Part shown: positions 1-9,169 of the stretch, in pieces
How the letters are laid out: each line of letters opens with the position of its first letter
Position numbering within the stretch: position 1 is the stretch's first letter
The notes under the pieces: generated by a model
What the model was told of the DNA's origin: nothing
Databases searched by the model: none
What the model saw: only the letters and a program-made list of their open reading frames with translations
DNA from: an uncultured Alphaproteobacteria bacterium
Lineage (GTDB): Bacteria; Pseudomonadota; Alphaproteobacteria; Rhizobiales; Beijerinckiaceae
NCBI GenBank assembly: GCA_963743265.1
Contig: CAVUPE010000024.1
Location: 34,430-98,429 of the forward strand
DNA: 64,000 nt
Direction: 5' to 3'
Program-made: the position numbers and the translations under genes

Positions 1-1480
1 TGTATTCGTATTGTTCAAAGTGAAGCCCGCAATCGGCGTGCCGTTCTGGGTCGACACCGTGTTGGGCGAGGACTTCGGCGTCGCCGTCGCCGAAGACACG
101 GAGCCGCCCGCGAGCCCGAACCATGGGGCGGCGGGGCCGGCGTTGCGGACGGTCACCCCCGTGAACCCCCCGGCCTGGGTAAATCCGGTGTTGGGCGCGT
201 TCGAAATCTGAGATGTCATGACGAACAGCGTCGCGTTCTGCGCCGCGCCCTGTCCCGTCCACGCTGAGGCCCGCTTGGAACTGTCTTGACGTCGTGTTCG
301 GGGTGCCGTCCGGATTGAGGCCGCCGGTCTGATAGCCGAGGATCGGAGAGACCTTGAAGCCGCCAGTTCCAGCGAAGGCGCCGGTGAGGTAGGGCACGGT
401 ACTCGCGCCAGCGCTGGTGCTGAACTTCCCGCTCGTGACCATCGCATAGGTCAACGGAGGGGGCGGAGGCTTAACCGGCACAACCGGAATGATCCGGAGT
501 GACCGGAGTGACCGGAGTGACCGGCCCAACCGGAATGATCCGGAGTGATCGGCCGAGTGATCGGAGTGATCGGCGTGATCGGAGTGATCGGCTTTATCAG
601 AGCTCTGCGCGATGAAGGTCTGTGTAGTTCTGACCGAGCCTGTATTCTGCGCGGCCGCTCGCGAGATCGTCCCGCCAGTGTCCACGGCTTGCGCGGCGTT
701 GGCGGCCGCGTAAGTGCCGGTGGTGCTGACAACCCGCGCGCCGGGCGAGTTGGGCGTGCCGACGTTATAGCTCTGAGCCAGATTGTCCGTCGGCTGCTGG
801 GTCGCCCCTCCGCTTTGGCCGCGATGGCTGCCCAATTGAGAATTCGACTGTGCGAGCTGCTGGCTGCTTGCCCGGCTGGGGGAAGGGGGAGGCCTGTTGA
901 ATCCCGCCACGGTCACGCCAAAGCCCGGACGCGACAGTTGAACCGTGTTCGGAGTGCAATTTCCTCCCCCGCCACAGAGATTCGTGACCGACATGTGGCC
1001 GAAGCCGAGGATCGCTTGCGTGCCCTTGGCTCCGCTATGCGAGATGATGGCGATGCCGCCGCGCAAGCCAATCGCCGCGACCGGAGTTCGGATCGTCGCC
1101 CCTTCCGAATGGGTGGCGACGCCTCCGACGACCCGCAGCACGCCCTTGCCCAGCGATAGGGCGAGCTCGCCCCTGGTGGTCGCGGGATTGTAAACGAAGC
1201 GATCGATCACCAGCGACGAGTTGGGGCCGACATTGAGGGTCGTCTTGTCGATGAACAGCACCTGCACGCTGCCGGTCCCGGTGGTCTCGATCTTCTCGTT
1301 CTCCACCACTTGGGTCCCGATCTGGATCACGCGAGTCGGCGCGCCGGGCGGCGTGCCGGAGGAGCTCGTGTTGACGGCGCCGGCGGTGCCGACCGTGTCG
1401 GCGCGGGCCGCGGCGGACATCGCCAGAACTGCGCCGAGCGGGACGGCGAACAGCAGCGAGAGCGATCGTGCGTGGCGCAT
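1..1480 (-). CDS. Secreted FecR-domain protein with Pro/Thr-rich linker and Gly/Thr-rich C-terminal region; runs off the window start
   Basis: Manual translation from ATG at 1480: MRHARSLSLLFAVPLGAVLAMSAAARA (signal peptide), then ...ENEKIETTGTGSVQVLFIDKTTLNVGPNSSLVIDRFVYNP...GVLRVVGG...IRTPVAAIGLRGG, a typical alphaproteobacterial FecR motif. P-I/V-T repeats at ~480-595. Apparent indels near 600-490 and ~255. Confidence 0.8.
   Translation of the reverse strand, partial: MRHARSLSLLFAVPLGAVLAMSAAARADTVGTAGAVNTSSSGTPPGAPTRVIQIGTQVVENEKIETTGTGSVQVLFIDKTTLNVGPNSSLVIDRFVYNPATTRGELALSLGKGVLRVVGGVATHSEGATIRTPVAAIGLRGGIAIISHSGAKGTQAILGFGHMSVTNLCGGGGNCTPNTVQLSRPGFGVTVAGFNRPPPSPSRASSQQLAQSNSQLGSHRGQSGGATQQPTDNLAQSYNVGTPNSPGARVVSTTGTYAAANAAQAVDTGGTISRAAAQNTGSVRTTQTFIAQSSDKADHSDHADHSDHSADHSGSFRLGRSLRSLRSLRIIPVVPVKPPPPPLTYAMVTSGKFSTSAGASTVPYLTGAFAGTGGFKVSPILGYQTGGLNPDGTPNTTSRQFQAGLSVDGTGRGAERDAVRHDISDFERAQHRIYPGRGVHGGDRPQRRPRRPMVRARGRLRVFGDGDAEVLAQHGVDPERHADCGLHFEQYEY
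484..592 (-). repeat. 9-bp tandem repeats (ccgatcact/ccggtcact) encoding a Pro-Ile/Val-Thr linker
   Basis: gatcggagt and gaccggagt units visible on the + strand; they translate as PITPITPITP and PVTPVTPVTP. Confidence 0.8.
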
Positions 1481-1497
1481 TCGAGTTTCCTAAAACA

Positions 1498-3108
1498 TCA
1501 GAAGCGGAAGGTCGGGCCCGCCGCAACGAGGAAATCCTGCAGGCTGTAGTTCGGAACGGTCGAATAGGTGCGCAGAAATTGGACCTGCAGCGTGAAGCCG
1601 ATGTTGCGGTAGAAGTTCGTATCCAGGGTTCCCGACACCCGCCATTGTCTGTCCGTGCGTGTCGTGAAGGGGTCGACGATCAGGTCCGGTATCGCATAAG
1701 GCGTGTAGGAAAAGCCGACTGAGGGTGTGAACGTCCAGAGCGATCCCGTATGCGCGAACGAAGGCGCGGCGAACGAATAGGGCAACCCGAGATCGATCGA
1801 GAAATCGTGAAAAGCGTATGGCCCATAGCTCGCGTTCGACTCGGTGTAGGAGACGCGGCCCTGCCACGACAGGCCCCACGGGGCGGAAATCAGCCCCGAA
1901 CCGAAGACATAGCCGATCCACTGCCCACCGGTTTGCCCCTCGGCGGTCGGATAGTTCTCGGAATTGGAGAACCAGCGGTCGCGGAACTCGACCCCGGGCG
2001 TGATCGTGAGGTTTTCGTTGACCGGCCAGTTCACCGACATGCCAGCGCCGGCGGTGTTGAGGTAGTTCGCGCCGCCGAGCGTCAGCACATTGCCGATCGC
2101 GTACGGATGGACGGTGAGCCCGCCGTAGTCGCCGATCCCGATTCGCGGCCCGGTGCGCAATTCGGCCAGGCCTAAATCGAGGCGCGTCACCTTGAACTGC
2201 TGCGAGTAATAGGCGATCAGATCGGATTCCCAGCCGTCGCCGCGCTGATCGTTGAAATCATAGAAATCATGCACGGTGACCAGTCCGAACGCGTTCCAGT
2301 CCGGGGTCTTCTGAAATTGGGGCGACAGCAGCGCGTTCTGGCCGAGCGCCAGAACGTTCGGGCTGTTGGGGCCGGCGTTGGCGTTGGTCTGATAAGCGAG
2401 GCCGAACTGCCCATAGATCGAGAACTGGTTGATCGCGACCGCCTTATCGACCGCGGCGACATAGGTCTGCACTTCGGTGCGAACGTCGGCTGGCGTGTCC
2501 GGGGCGTTGAGCACGGCGTCAAAATAGTTGCGCGCCATCTCGTAGGAACGCAGATGAAAATAGAGCACGCCGAGCTGGAGCTTCACCCGGGGAAGATTCG
2601 GGTTGTAGTAGAGCATGCGTTCGAGGGCGCCGATCGCCGCCTCGTAGTCGCCGAGCTCCGTTTCAAGCTGAGCGTACTGGAACCCCGCGTCGAGATCGTC
2701 GGGTTTGAGCAGCAGACGCTTGAACAGGAGGTCGGCGGCGATGACCTTGTCCGCATTGCTCAGGGACGCGGTCGGCGAAGCGGCGGCTTGCGTCGTCGAA
2801 GCCGGCTGCGGGGCAGCGGCGAGGGAGTTGACTTGCCCCGGGGTCGGCGCGCCGGTCGCCTGCCTGAGAGCGGCGGGGGAGGCGACTTGGGTCGGGGTCG
2901 GAGAGGCGCCCGCCTGCGCGTGAGCCGCGGGGGGAGAGCCGAACGCCGCGCCGGCGACGCCGATCGCCGCTGCAAACATGGCCCCGAATCGCGATGAGCG
3001 GCGCGCGGCCGTTGCGGGCCAATCGAGCGTCGCCTCACTGGCGCGGCCGACCGGCGCGCATAAGCGATTGGACGGACTCAAGCGTACGCCATTCTTCCGC
3101 CCCCACAT
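1498..3108 (-). CDS. TPR-containing outer-membrane beta-barrel protein (Slam/DUF560-like); true start uncertain (2979-3108)
   Basis: Signal-like segment ending AHAQA; TPR helices (AAIGALERMLYYNPNLPRVKLQLGVLYF); barrel start YQTNANAGP; amphipathic aromatic strands; C-terminal PTFRF beta-signal. Confidence 0.75.
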   Translation of the reverse strand: MWGRKNGVRLSPSNRLCAPVGRASEATLDWPATAARRSSRFGAMFAAAIGVAGAAFGSPPAAHAQAGASPTPTQVASPAALRQATGAPTPGQVNSLAAAPQPASTTQAAASPTASLSNADKVIAADLLFKRLLLKPDDLDAGFQYAQLETELGDYEAAIGALERMLYYNPNLPRVKLQLGVLYFHLRSYEMARNYFDAVLNAPDTPADVRTEVQTYVAAVDKAVAINQFSIYGQFGLAYQTNANAGPNSPNVLALGQNALLSPQFQKTPDWNAFGLVTVHDFYDFNDQRGDGWESDLIAYYSQQFKVTRLDLGLAELRTGPRIGIGDYGGLTVHPYAIGNVLTLGGANYLNTAGAGMSVNWPVNENLTITPGVEFRDRWFSNSENYPTAEGQTGGQWIGYVFGSGLISAPWGLSWQGRVSYTESNASYGPYAFHDFSIDLGLPYSFAAPSFAHTGSLWTFTPSVGFSYTPYAIPDLIVDPFTTRTDRQWRVSGTLDTNFYRNIGFTLQVQFLRTYSTVPNYSLQDFLVAAGPTFRF

Positions 3109-3375
3109 CAGGCAGACCCCAGTTTGCAGCTTGTATTTTATTAAGTCCCATTTCCCTCCGATGCAACCGAATTCTCGAAACGTTGCAGCCGGTTGTCATC
3201 TTTCGGCACAGTCTTACCGTTAGGTCAGTTCGACTGAAAAAGGGCCGCCGCAGGGCGAAACGCTGCGTCGGTCTGCCGCGCATAGTTCGCCCCCCGGGCG
3301 AATCTGACGATCGAACCCATTATCGCCTCCACCGCCGCGGACTATATGCTGAGCCGATCCAGGAGGAGATGAGCC

Positions 3376-4258
3376 ATGATCGACATCAGCAAAGCGGGAA
3401 CGTTTCCACTGGGCGACCGGATTGTGAGACGCCTCGGCTACGGCGCCATGCAGCTCGCCGGCCCGGGCGTGTTCGGGCCGCCCAAGGATCACGACGGCGC
3501 AATTGAGGTGCTGCGGGAAGCGGTCGCGAGCGGCGTCAACCACATCGACACCAGCGACTATTACGGTCCCCACTTCACCAACCGGGTGATCCGTGAGGCG
3601 CTGCATCCCTATCCGGACGATCTGGTCATCGTCACCAAGATCGGCGCCCGGCGCGGCGACGACGCGTCCTGGAACCCGGCGATCAGCCCCGACGATCTCA
3701 AAAACGCAGTCCAGGACAATCTGCGCAATCTCAAGCTCGACGCACTGGACGTCGTCAACTTGCGGATCATGGGCGACGGCCACGGGCCGACCGAAGGGTC
3801 GATCGCGGCCCTGCTCACGGTCCTTGCCGAGCTTCAGGGCCAAGGCCTCGTGCGTCACATCGGCCTCAGCAATGTCACCTCGGCGCAGCTCAATGAGGGG
3901 CGCCGGATCTGCGACATTGTCTGCGTGCAGAACCTGTACAATGTCGCCCATCGCGAAGATGACGCCCTGATCGACGAACTCACCCGCGCCGGAATCGCCT
4001 ATGTGCCGTTCTTCCCGCTCGGCGGCTTCACGCCGTTGCAGTCGACGGCGCTCACCGAGGTCGCCGCGCAGCTCAGCGCGACGCCGATGCAGGTCGCGCT
4101 CGCCTGGCTCCTCCAGCGCGCGCCCAACATCCTGCTCATTCCGGGCACTTCGTCGCTCGAGCATCTGCGCGAAAACCTGGCCGCGGCCAGCCTCGACCTG
4201 CCGACGCGACGCGCTGACCACGCTCAACGCCATCGCAAAAACCTCCGCGGCCGCGTGA
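3376..4258 (+). CDS. Aldo/keto reductase family oxidoreductase (YdbC-like); frameshift ~4203
   Basis: RLGYGAMQLAGPG, IDTSDYYG, IGLSNV, QVALAWLL, LLIPGTSS motifs; RBS aggagga. The likely C-terminus DALTTLNAIAKTSAAA lies in another frame ending at 4258. Confidence 0.9.
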
Positions 4259-4269
4259 CAAGGTCCCTT

Positions 4270-4419
4270 CCTTCTCCCTCCGGGAGAAGGCGCGCGCCAA
4301 AAGGGCGTGCGGTAGGACGCCCGTCCTTCGGGACGGGCTATGGGCGCGACGGATGAGGGCCTCTCGTTAAGGCGCGCTTCGCGCGAACCCTCACCCCCAA
4401 CCCTCTCCCGTAGGAGAGG
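4270..4419. repeat. Rhizobial RIME/REP-like palindromic intergenic element
   Basis: ccttctccctccgggagaagg ... ggatgaggg ... ccctcaccc ... ccctctcccgtaggagagg, with an internal cccgtccttcgggacggg hairpin; lies between convergent genes. Confidence 0.75.
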
Positions 4420-4436
4420 CGGTCCGCCGCGCTGCC

Positions 4437-4550
4437 CTAATAGCCCTTGGCGCTGGCGTCCGCGTAAGCGGGCGCGAGCTCGATGGTCACGGTGGCCGCC
4501 GCCCCGCAGGCCATGGTTAGGGCCACGAGAAGAATCAGAAGATATTGCAT
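4437..4550 (-). CDS. Small (37 aa) putative exported or membrane peptide
   Basis: MQYLLILLVALTMACGAAATVTIELAPAYADASAKGY; hydrophobic N-terminus, AYA cleavage-like motif, G-rich RBS. Confidence 0.5.
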   Translation of the reverse strand: MQYLLILLVALTMACGAAATVTIELAPAYADASAKGY

Positions 4551-4796
4551 CGTCCCCAACCCGCCGTCCCCCGCCGTCCCCCACCGACGCAGCGCCCGCC
4601 AAAAGCGCCTGACGCGCGACCATGTCAAGGCTAAATTATGGCGCCCGCCGGCAAAACGCGCAGTGAGCGCAGTCATACCGCCTTCGCTGACCCTGCTGCG
4701 TCAAATGGTTATTGGTTGATCGACTAACGATTGGTTAATCGACCGGCTCCCCGATCGCACGCGGCCAGCCCGCAATGACGCGGAGCAAATCCCTTA

Positions 4797-4818
4797 GCTT
4801 CAAATGCAGATTGAGACG
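4797..4818 (+). repeat. 22-bp direct repeat, copy 1 (gcttcaaatgcagattgagacg)
   Basis: Matches 6893-6914 with one mismatch. Confidence 0.75.
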
Positions 4819-5071
4819 AGAGGATAGGCCGTCGGCCACAGCCATCCATTTTGCCTGCATTTGTTTTTCTTATTCGGGTGACGCTAGCCCTTAGTGGGCC
4901 CATCGCTCAGCGCGCGCCGTCACTGCCAGCGCACTTTCCGGGCCCACTGAATAATTGGCTGAGCTCCGCCAAAGCGCCGCCGCCCGATAGCCATCAAAAA
5001 ACTGTTGATTGACTCCAACTTTAACTACACGTAAGTGTGGATAGCGGCGAGTTCAAAAGGGATTACCTATT

Positions 5072-5876
5072 ATGAGAAAAGCTTTGGTGATGACCGCGGC
5101 CCTTGGGTCGCTTGCTCTGGCGCCGTTGCTGAGCACGGGCGCACAGGCGGCGAATTTGGTCCAAAACGGCGGCTTCGAGCGAATACCTTGCCATCGCCTC
5201 TTAATCCGGCGAACGCGAGCGGGGCGGAGGTCGATACCAACTGGCACTACGGCAGCGATCTGCCCGGTTGGACTTCGCCGGGCGCAAATACCTACAACGT
5301 CCTGTTCTTCGGCAACGTGGCGAATGCCAAAAGTATCAACCCGGATACTCGCTTCACAGCCGGTGAGCCTCAGTACCTCAACGCAACTTCAACAGCTTGA
5401 GCCCCAACGGCGGCAGCTTCATGGGACTGGACGGAGATCCGGCCGCGAACGGGCCGCTGGACCAGACCATCATGGGCCTGACCGCAGGCAAAACGTACAA
5501 ACTCAGCTTCTACTGGGCCGGGACTGAGCTCTTTAACCGCACCGGCTACACGTCAATCCAGCTGACCGGCAGCCTCGGCGGCGACCCGTTCGCAACGACG
5601 ACTTACCTGAACACCACCATTACTCCCGGAGAGCCTGGTTCGTTCTCGGGTTGGATGCTCGAGAATTTCACGTTCACCGCGAATTCCACGTCGGAGTTGC
5701 TGTCCTTCCTGGCAGTCGGGACGCCCGCCGCCAACCTGCCGCCGTTCGCCCTTCTGGATGGCGTGTCGCTGACCGCCGTCCCCGAGCCGTCGACCTGGGC
5801 GATGATGCTCGTCGGATTCGGCGGTCTCGGCTATGCCGCCTTTCGCCGCCGCCGGACGGCTCTGGCCGTCGCATAA
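5072..5876 (+). CDS. PEP-CTERM (PEPxxWA) sorting-domain protein; frameshifts ~5178 and ~5385
   Basis: Signal peptide [26 protein letters not shown], then NLVQNGGFE; C-terminus [26 protein letters not shown]. Confidence 0.9.
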
Positions 5877-5903
5877 AGGCGAGAGTCGCGATCGCGGCTT
5901 CTT

Positions 5904-5940
5904 AATCCGGGGCGGGATTGCATTCCGCTCCGGATTTTTG
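5904..5940 (+). terminator. Rho-independent terminator-like hairpin
   Basis: aatccggggcggga-ttgca-ttccgctccggatt followed by a T-run. Confidence 0.7.
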
Positions 5941-5984
5941 TTATAAGTTGGTCACGAGCTGCGGCCTCGGGATGACGCGCGTTC

Positions 5985-6851
5985 ATGACTGAGTTTCTGA
6001 CATCGCATCAGCATCTCATGGGGTTCGCGGTCAATGCGCTGCGGGCCTGCGTACTGCTGGCGGTGGTGACGCTCGTTTTCGCGCCGCTCGAACATATCTT
6101 CGCCATTCGCCCTGGCAGCCTGTTCGCGAAGGGCTGGAGGGTCAATCTCGGCTGGTATTTCTTTAACGGCCTCTTCACCACGCTCCTTCTCGCGCCACCC
6201 GCGCTACTGATCGCCTGGCTCATCCACTCGGCTCTGCCGGCGTCCGTTACCGGAGCGGCGGCCGGCCTGCCGCTGTGGGCGCGCATGGTGGCGGCCATGA
6301 TCGTGGGCGAAATCGGCTTTTACTGGGGTCATCGATGGAGCCATGAAAGCGCCTTCCTTTGGCGATTTCACGCCGTTCATCACAGCGCTGAGCACGTGAA
6401 TTTTTTGGTCAACACCCGCGGCCACCCAGTCGACGTCATCTTCACCCGACTGTGCGGGCTGACGCTGCTCTATGCCACCGGACTCGCTTCGCCGGTCGGT
6501 CCGAACCCGTCGCTGGTGCCAATGCTGGTGTTGTTCATCGGCTCGCTGTGGAGCTTCTTCATCCACGCCAACGTGCGCTGGCGGCTGGGGCCGTTGGAGG
6601 AGATCATCGCCAGCCCCGCCTTCCACCACTGGCACCACACGCTCGAGGACCACAAGGACCACAATTATTCGTCGATGCTGCCGTTCGTCGACCGGCTGTT
6701 CGGCACCTTCTATCTCCCGAAGGCCTGGCCGAAGGATTACGGAACCTCGACCCCGGTGCCGGAGACCATGATCGGCCAATTGCTGGAGCCGCTCGCGCCG
6801 ACCGGCGCGGCCCGCGCCCCATCGCCGGCCCAGTCCTCGAGCCGGGCCTGA
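5985..6851 (+). CDS. Sterol desaturase / fatty acid hydroxylase family protein
   Basis: His boxes YWGHRWSH, FHAVHH, FFIHAN, FHHWHH; NYS...DRLFGT; several TM segments. Confidence 0.92.
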   Translation: MTEFLTSHQHLMGFAVNALRACVLLAVVTLVFAPLEHIFAIRPGSLFAKGWRVNLGWYFFNGLFTTLLLAPPALLIAWLIHSALPASVTGAAAGLPLWARMVAAMIVGEIGFYWGHRWSHESAFLWRFHAVHHSAEHVNFLVNTRGHPVDVIFTRLCGLTLLYATGLASPVGPNPSLVPMLVLFIGSLWSFFIHANVRWRLGPLEEIIASPAFHHWHHTLEDHKDHNYSSMLPFVDRLFGTFYLPKAWPKDYGTSTPVPETMIGQLLEPLAPTGAARAPSPAQSSSRA

Positions 6852-6892
6852 TCGCTCGCGCCAGGCGCCGCCAGGGCGCTGGACAATGCCGC

Positions 6893-6914
6893 GCTTCAAA
6901 CGCAGATTGAGACG
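6893..6914 (+). repeat. 22-bp direct repeat, copy 2 (gcttcaaacgcagattgagacg)
   Basis: Matches 4797-4818 with one mismatch. Confidence 0.75.
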
Positions 6915-6940
6915 GGAGAAGAGGACGGGCGCGCTGGGGC

Positions 6941-9094
6941 ATGGCCGGGCCGGACACGAACAATACTGACGCGCCCTATCCGATTTGGGGCTTCGGTCCG
7001 CCCTCGCCTGAGCCGGACACCAAGAAGCTCGACGCGCTGCTCGCTTCGCTGAACGGCTCGGCCGAGCGGTTTCAGACTTTGTGGTTCTCCTTCCTCGGCC
7101 TCACGCTCTATCTCGCCATCGCGGCGCTCGCGACGACCCATCGCAATCTGCTGCTCGGCGAGCCGCAGACTCTGCCGATCCTCAACATCAAGGTCGAGCT
7201 GCTGCCGTTCTATGTCATCGCGCCGCTGCTCTATCTCGTCTTCCATTTCTATCTCTTGATGATGCTGGCGCTGCTCGCCCGCACCGCGGCCGAGTTCGAC
7301 AAGCAGTTGCGCACGACGCTGCCGGGCGAACCCGAACGCGAGCGCTACCGGGCGCAAGTCGGGAATGCTTTGTTCCTGCAATTGCTGGTCGGCATGAAAG
7401 GCGAGCGCACGGGCGTCAACGCGCTCCTGATGGGCCTCATCGCGCTCATCACCATCGTGCTCGCGCCGCTCGCGACGCTCGTCCTCATGCAGATGATGTT
7501 CCTGCCCTACCATCATTTGCGCATCACCTGGTGGCATCGCGGAATCGTCGTCGCCGATCTCGTGCTGATCGTGGTGATGACCTACCGATGTTTCTTCCCT
7601 CGCGGCGTGAGGAAGGCGCCGCTGGTGCTCGGCGCGCTCAGCCGCAAGCCGCGCTGGGCGACGGCGATGGCCTTTTGCGTTCTGCTGGCCGTCGCCCTCG
7701 CGCCGCTCGTCGACTGGCTGTCGTTCCAGCAAGGGCGCTGGGCCGGCGAACCCCGGCCGTCTCCTCGACGGAATGGGGGCAGTGGATGGAGGGGAAGCCG
7801 CCCCGTTCCCGAAGTCAATCCGGACTATGCCGCGACCGAGAACGGCGTCGTGTTCGGCCTGTTTCCCGACCGGCTGAAACTTGCAAGCGAAACCATCGTC
7901 GGCGAAGAGAAGCTGGAGAAGACCAAGAAGGAGATCGCCTCGCGCGGCGGCGATTTCGTCCCGACGATCAAGCTCGACGGCCGCGACCTCCAGGCCGCCG
8001 ATCTGAGCGGGGCCGACCTGCGCGGTGTCTCGCTCAACGACGCGGCGATGCAGGGCGCGCAATCTGGCCGCGGCGCGCAGTTGCGACGGCGCCAATCTGG
8101 ACGACGCGCAGTTGCAGGGCGCCGATCTTCGATGGCGCGCAGTTGCAGGGCGCCAACCTCATGAGCGCGCAGTTGCAGGGCGCTGACCTCGCAGGTCGCG
8201 CAGTTGCAGGGCGCCGAACCTCACGCAGCGTGCAGTTGCAGGGCGCCGATCTCTCTAATGCGCAGCTTCAGGGCGCCGACCTCAACCGGGGCGCAGTTGC
8301 AGGGCGCCGACCTCAGCAGACGCACAGTTGCAGGGCGCAGACCTCAATTCGGCGCGCAGTTGCAAGGCGCCGACCTCTCCGACGCGCAGTTGCAGGGCGT
8401 CGACCTCGGTTCGGCGCAGTTGCAGGGCGCCGACCTTAGCGGCGCCGACATGACGGACAGCTGACTTTGACGGAGACCTTGGTCTACAGGACCGAGGTGA
8501 CCGGCGAGATCGTGTTGGCGTCGGCAATCCGATCGGTGCGAAGCGATCAGGGTTCGGTCGAGCGACAAGAGTCTCAGCTCGCATGAAGAGCTGACGACGT
8601 CAGCGCAGGTCGAACCCCTGACGCCCACGGTATCGACGAATGGATCGCTGCGGCGACGGAGTTTGCCAGTGAGGACGGACAAGGCGGACATCGCCAAGCG
8701 CTTCGACTCGGCTGAAGCCAAACTTCGAAACGCTGAACAGGACGCTGCAGACGAAAGCAATGGGGCGGATTGGCAGGAGGCATCGCTCGCGCTCGATCCT
8801 GACGGCGCACATCACCGTCAGCGACTGGCGGATTTCCTTGGAGATCTCGCCTGCGACGTGACGGAGCGCCCTATGTCGCCCGCGCCTCATCGTCCGCCGC
8901 GCACGTGTCATCCGCCTGTAGTTTATCACCGCGCGCGTCGTCTGCGCTTGGCGATCAACTTGACCGCGTTCGCGAGCGTATGAAGGCCGGGCGCGAGAAG
9001 CCCGAGACCTGCCCCGGCGTCGCCGGCTTCACCGAGGACGACTGGCGCAAGCTCGACGCGATCAAGCCCCGAGGCCGCGCCCGCCAATCGCTAA
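6941..9094 (+). CDS. Membrane protein with pentapeptide repeats; many apparent indels
   Basis: N-terminal TM region (LWFSFLGLTLYLAIAALATTHRNLLL...LPILNIKVELLPFY), then ADLSGADLRG and repeated AQLQGADL units; C-terminus ...CPGVAGFTEDDWRKLDAIK, probable stop at 9092-9094. Confidence 0.8.
7990..8455 (+). repeat. Coding ~30-bp tandem array (gcgcagttgcagggcgccgacctc + ~6 variable nt), about 13 copies
   Basis: Units directly visible; they encode AQLQG-ADLxx pentapeptide pairs. Confidence 0.9.
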
Positions 9095-9169
9095 GCCGCG
9101 CCGAGCGAGTCCTTGGCTCTCGAGCCTCCCCCTCGCCAGCGCCGCGCTCGCCTCGAAGGAGATTTAAGG

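Noticed and set aside
5021-5035. CtrA box upstream of PEP-CTERM genes
   Set aside because: Only TTAA half-sites (ttaa-N7-taag here; single TTAA near 28005 and 41858); too weak to call.
7990-8455. CRISPR-like repeat-spacer array
   Set aside because: Spacers are only ~6 nt, the units encode pentapeptide repeats inside a CDS, and there are no cas genes.
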